A stretch of 64,000 nucleotides of DNA from a virus. Positions within the stretch are counted from its first letter, which is position 1; each line of letters opens with the position of its first letter. This document shows positions 60,176-64,000 of this stretch, in pieces. The notes beneath the pieces were generated by a model. The model ran no database searches and was not told the origin of the DNA. It saw only the letters and a program-made list of their open reading frames with translations. The stretch lies in the IMG/VR virus record IMGVR_UViG_3300028374_000012, positions 5,696-69,695 of that record. The stretch is one strand, 5' to 3'. Both the position numbers and the translations under genes were made by a program.

Positions 60176-60731
60176 TCCCGATGGGGTAACCCTCATTAAC
60201 TTAGATAAGGACAACTCTATAGCACAAAAATCAGGGTTTGCGCCTGGATTCTATATGATGACAAGAAAAAATAGGGCCCGCAGACGTGGAACCACTAACA
60301 AGCCAAGACAACCCACTGTATCTCTATACTACTATGGCGAGTTTTTCTTCTACAAACCTTTTTCATATTTTATAAATCCTGAGCTCCAGCCCTTTTACAG
60401 CTATCTTGGTGACCTTACTATAAACGACCAGCTAAGGGAATTAAAAATTTTAAACCAGTGCACCTCAACTTTTAACGATGATTTAGTAAATAAAAAAGAT
60501 TTTAAGACATCCATATTAAAGCTGATGCCTAATCGAGATGATTTCGCAATTGAAGAAATAAAAAAGCTTCCCCTAAAGAATAATTTTAACTTTATTTATA
60601 GAGTAACAATTCTTGATAAAGATAAATTTGCAACAGAAGTAAATGTAAACATAGGCTACTCAGGGTGTAAGACAGGATTAAAAAATTCTTTAAATAAAGA
60701 TTTGGACTTAAATAATAATTTTGTATATTGA
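60144..60731 (+). CDS. Hypothetical protein
   Basis: 195 aa; ends in TGA. Confidence 0.55.
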   Translation: MNFTKDYPNLNPDGVTLINLDKDNSIAQKSGFAPGFYMMTRKNRARRRGTTNKPRQPTVSLYYYGEFFFYKPFSYFINPELQPFYSYLGDLTINDQLRELKILNQCTSTFNDDLVNKKDFKTSILKLMPNRDDFAIEEIKKLPLKNNFNFIYRVTILDKDKFATEVNVNIGYSGCKTGLKNSLNKDLDLNNNFVY

Positions 60732-60764
60732 GAATGTTAAATTTAACATAATCAAAATTACAAG

Positions 60765-61259
60765 ATGAAAATTGAAAGTATCGATACTAATTATGCTGGT
60801 TACAACTTTCGTAGCCGGTTAGAAGCAAGATGGGCCGTATTCTTTAATGCGATGAATTGGGATTATCTATATGAACCACAAGGCTATACCCTGCCGAATG
60901 GTACTAAGTACCTACCAGACTTTTACTTACCAAAGTTTCAAACCTTTGCCGAGGTAAAATTTGATGTACTTGAAGTATTTGACTATAAGCGTGCACGCTC
61001 ACTTGTTGAATCCACAAGAATACCACTACTTATTCTGGATAGTGACCCATCATATAAATTTTTTACACAGATCACCGTTAATGATGATGACGAGATTGAA
61101 TTAAGAAAAATTAATCTTATTGAGGACAAAGACAGCCCTGGAAAACTCCTTATAAACCGAATGTTTGTAAGTGAAGAAGACTATCAAGAGTATGGAAATG
61201 TAGAACCAATTGCGTGTATTAAAGAAGCACGAAAGCATAGGTTCGGTATATTTGATTAA
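60765..61259 (+). CDS. Restriction-endonuclease-like PD-(D/E)XK nuclease
   Basis: FRSRLEARWAVFF...YEP.G..L....YLPDFYLP.....EVK. Confidence 0.8.
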   Translation: MKIESIDTNYAGYNFRSRLEARWAVFFNAMNWDYLYEPQGYTLPNGTKYLPDFYLPKFQTFAEVKFDVLEVFDYKRARSLVESTRIPLLILDSDPSYKFFTQITVNDDDEIELRKINLIEDKDSPGKLLINRMFVSEEDYQEYGNVEPIACIKEARKHRFGIFD

Positions 61260-61294
61260 GGAAATTAGTGTGTACTGCTAATATTGCTCCAGTC

Positions 61295-61326
61295 AGGCCT
61301 CCTTGTTAACTCAGGGAGGCCTTTTT
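61295..61326 (+). terminator. Intrinsic terminator
   Basis: AGGCCTCCTTG...CAGGGAGGCCT hairpin then TTTT. Confidence 0.7.
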
Positions 61327-61393
61327 AAATTCAACACTTCATATCTCTATCCACAATGGAGCAAATTCACCCGTAAAAAATAAAATATTACTA

Positions 61394-61660
61394 ATGAGCA
61401 CAAAAATTAAAAAAGTCACAGCAAAGTTTATAGCAGAGGATGAAATACAAATTAAAATTAAAACCTCTAAGAAATCAGAAGACATCCGAGTTACCTCCAA
61501 GATAACACAAGCTTCAAATAAAATCCGCTTTACCATTAATAATCCAGAAATAAACGAGCGCATATTATATGAGGGAATTGTAGAAGATAAAAAATTATAC
61601 TTGTACCCTCAGTATGGAGAGGGGGTGCTAACTGACAAACAACCTATAATTATAAAATAA
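61394..61660 (+). CDS. Hypothetical protein
   Basis: 88 aa, coupled to next gene. Confidence 0.55.
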   Translation: MSTKIKKVTAKFIAEDEIQIKIKTSKKSEDIRVTSKITQASNKIRFTINNPEINERILYEGIVEDKKLYLYPQYGEGVLTDKQPIIIK

Positions 61661-62091
61661 TGGCAATGATAACTGACAAATATTACATTATAGAGACCCG
61701 GTCCAGCCTATATCCCTCTAACATATACAGGCAACTCATAGCACACGTTACAGGTCATATAGGGCACAATGATGACACCTCAGCTTCAAGATATGTAGAT
61801 GAAGAAATAAAGGTTTGTTTTGAGGATGCTCTTCTGCCCGTTATCATGCAGAAGACAGGATGGGCGGCGCCGGGCGACCACGATAATAATTTTATAAACA
61901 TAAGATTTAAAAGCAGGCCAACCCAAAAACAAATGGAGATTATAAAAGCTCGGCTAAAAACATTTCCACAAGCATTTATGGCCAAAGATAAACTTGCTGA
62001 TTATATTGGATATATAACTGATATTGAGTTTGGCGAGCCAAGAATCTTTTTATTTATAACAGAAAAAACAGAGATAAGTTATGAAGGATAA
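61660..62091 (+). CDS. Hypothetical protein
   Basis: 143 aa, TAATG coupling. Confidence 0.6.
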   Translation: MAMITDKYYIIETRSSLYPSNIYRQLIAHVTGHIGHNDDTSASRYVDEEIKVCFEDALLPVIMQKTGWAAPGDHDNNFINIRFKSRPTQKQMEIIKARLKTFPQAFMAKDKLADYIGYITDIEFGEPRIFLFITEKTEISYEG

Positions 62092-62150
62092 ATCATGAAA
62101 TGGATAATATTAATAATATTTTTGACAACTTTCTTTAGAGGAATGTTAAA

Positions 62151-62684
62151 ATGAGCAGAAAACTTAGAGAAACTAATAATTCACAATTAAAAAGTATAAA
62201 AGGCTTGAACATCCCCTACTTACGGGAATATGTATTTAGGCCTTTTGTTCCACGTAAAGAAAACTTTTCTAGATATAAAGCTGGAGCCAGCCTTGGTGAT
62301 TATCCCTGCGATACCTGGGATTTTCTTTCAGGTGTGTTCAACCTTAACAGGCCACATATTGCTGACTTGCAAACTAAAGTTAAATACAAGTGCCCATTAA
62401 CAAACAATTTTTATTATGGAGCATATCCTGTAGCATACTTGGCCGAAAAGAAGCCTCGATTAAAAAAGGCCGAAAATGAATTTGAAGAATTTTTATTGGC
62501 TGAACTGAGCCGACCCTTTACCCCACAAGGTATACTACATGAAAATTTAATAACACAGACATTTATGGGCCATGGCTACAATGAACTTTTTAAACAATAT
62601 GATAGCCAGCCCGAAAAGAAATTCTTTATGTTAAAAATAAATAATAAAGAACACTTAATTTTTAATATATGGACAGAAATATAA
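62151..62684 (+). CDS. Hypothetical protein
   Basis: 177 aa. Confidence 0.6.
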   Translation: MSRKLRETNNSQLKSIKGLNIPYLREYVFRPFVPRKENFSRYKAGASLGDYPCDTWDFLSGVFNLNRPHIADLQTKVKYKCPLTNNFYYGAYPVAYLAEKKPRLKKAENEFEEFLLAELSRPFTPQGILHENLITQTFMGHGYNELFKQYDSQPEKKFFMLKINNKEHLIFNIWTEI

Positions 62685-62888
62685 TCGGATTAATAAAAAG
62701 AGTTTAGACGAGAATATTTTGCAGATTTTCAAATGTATCAAAGTTCCTTTCAAAGAATTAAAAATAAGTTTGTTGATGACCAATAGCACACAAAACTAGA
62801 AAAGCCAACAATAACTTCTAAAGTAGATGTAAAGATTTAATAACCAAAGAGGAAAAACTATTAATAGACTTAAACTATTTATAAAATT

Positions 62889-63182
62889 ATGAAAGATACT
62901 GTTATTACTGTAATATCATTTATTCTTATATGTTTACTAACATCACTTCTTGTATTAGAGATGCAAAAACAAGAAGAGCTCGCATCAGTCAACCCTCCAC
63001 AACAAACGCCCGACAGACATATCAAAGTATTAAATAAAGAGGTGGCCATGGCAGGTTGCCGGTATACACTGGCCCTGCGAGGATATGAGTATATTTATGA
63101 ACTCCGGACGGAAGAAAGGGTAGTAATAATTGATAGCTGTGATGCCTATCAAGAAGAAGACATATTAAGAATAATAAAATGA
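62889..63182 (+). CDS. N-terminally anchored membrane protein
   Basis: N-terminal TM; TGA stop overlaps next ATG (ATGA). Confidence 0.6.
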   Translation: MKDTVITVISFILICLLTSLLVLEMQKQEELASVNPPQQTPDRHIKVLNKEVAMAGCRYTLALRGYEYIYELRTEERVVIIDSCDAYQEEDILRIIK

Positions 63183-63454
63183 GTAAAGAAAAACAAAAAG
63201 AGTTTTCAATTAAAGCTATAAATAAAATGATGGGCCTGGCCGGCCATAATATTAATTATGAACAACTCGTGGCAGAGCAAGAAAAGGAGGATGCCCCCTT
63301 TTATGAAAAATACACCATGACCCAGAAACAACACACCAAATTTAAAGAATGGTATATAGAAAATTATAAACACAAATTCAAAGTAAGTAAAATCCGAGCT
63401 GAACATGCATTTAGCTGGTTTGATTTTGACCTTGTACTAAGGATAGAGGATTAG
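63179..63454 (+). CDS. Hypothetical protein
   Basis: 91 aa, ATGA-coupled. Confidence 0.6.
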   Translation: MSKEKQKEFSIKAINKMMGLAGHNINYEQLVAEQEKEDAPFYEKYTMTQKQHTKFKEWYIENYKHKFKVSKIRAEHAFSWFDFDLVLRIED

Positions 63455-63542
63455 CAATAATGTTGTTTTGAAAAAATACTATGAGTGAAGATATACGAAA
63501 AATGATTGATAAGGTTAAGAACTTTAAACAATTTATTAAAAC

Positions 63543-63761
63543 ATGGAGCATAACGTTATGAAACAGAAACCAATTAGAGTAGAAAAGGAAAAAGTTCATA
63601 AAGATATAGAATACCAAGTAGGCACATTTGAAGGACACCCAATAATGGCAGTGATGACTATTGAAGAACAGAAAGATATTGAGAAAGTAAAAGGCTTGAC
63701 CGTATCTGATGTAATTGATATGAATATTTCTTCTTATAGAGATTGGCAATGTGATTGTTAA
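63543..63761 (+). CDS. Hypothetical protein
   Basis: 72 aa. Confidence 0.5.
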   Translation: MEHNVMKQKPIRVEKEKVHKDIEYQVGTFEGHPIMAVMTIEEQKDIEKVKGLTVSDVIDMNISSYRDWQCDC

Positions 63762-63879
63762 TGGTATACAACGTGTTGTATAAACAGCGTTGAGAGGTAC
63801 GAACAATGATTTTTATATAGTGTTAACTACTGGCACGGTAAATTAAGTAGAAACTTTATTGATAATAAAAAAAATAGCG

Positions 63880-64000
63880 ATGGCAACTTACGAGATACCT
63901 GATAATGTAAAAGAATTATTTGAACAAGGCGAAAATAGTTATAGGATTATAGACTACGCTCCAGATATGAGTATGGATAATAAGCAAAGTATGGGTTATT
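63880..64000 (+). CDS. Partial hypothetical protein (runs off right edge)
   Basis: ATG 63880, open to the window end. Confidence 0.45.
   Translation, partial: MATYEIPDNVKELFEQGENSYRIIDYAPDMSMDNKQSMGY

Noticed and set aside
1020-63806. Short track ORFs antisense to or nested in larger genes (e.g. 4292-4591, 21075-21500, 29580-29981, 42586-43002, 58463-58840)
   Set aside because: Shadow frames of well-supported genes, with no motifs or expression signals.
33536-64000. Whole-genome code 4 (mollicute-type host)
   Set aside because: No in-frame TGA in the long + genes, and TGA acts as stop there, including an ATGA overlap.
1-64000. tRNA genes, including a UCA suppressor
   Set aside because: No cloverleaf recognised by eye in intergenic regions; tRNAscan-SE/ARAGORN is needed to exclude one.

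Overview
A 64 kb AT-rich segment of a large tailed dsDNA phage genome, probably with a contractile tail. It is not a cellular chromosome. The minus strand holds the virion/late module: tail fibre, neck proteins, major capsid, scaffold-like proteins, a prohead protease with two inteins, a GpA-like terminase with one intein, ribosomal protein bS21 and a baseplate spike. It also holds a long run of polyprotein-like genes. The plus strand holds early/replication-type genes (UvsE, primase-helicase, exonuclease, AAA+, rIIA/rIIB-like, small membrane proteins). Main observations: (1) TGA is read as Trp in minus-strand genes (35 in-frame TGAs counted in 13 genes) but acts as stop in plus-strand genes, so the supplied ORF track fragments many late genes. 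(2) Most head-region proteins carry K-x-A/S motifs. These fall at domain junctions in polyproteins that join enzymes (LigD-type phosphoesterase-ligase, GT28-like glycosyltransferase, HD-like DUF5662, ParB, nucleotidyltransferase) or a single mitochondrial-carrier-like repeat to glycine-rich membrane helices. This suggests a protease-processed, virion-packaged cargo system. (3) Two promoter classes (a 16-bp phage motif on +, canonical sigma70-like on -) often sit back-to-back. All family calls are from motif recognition by eye, not database searches.
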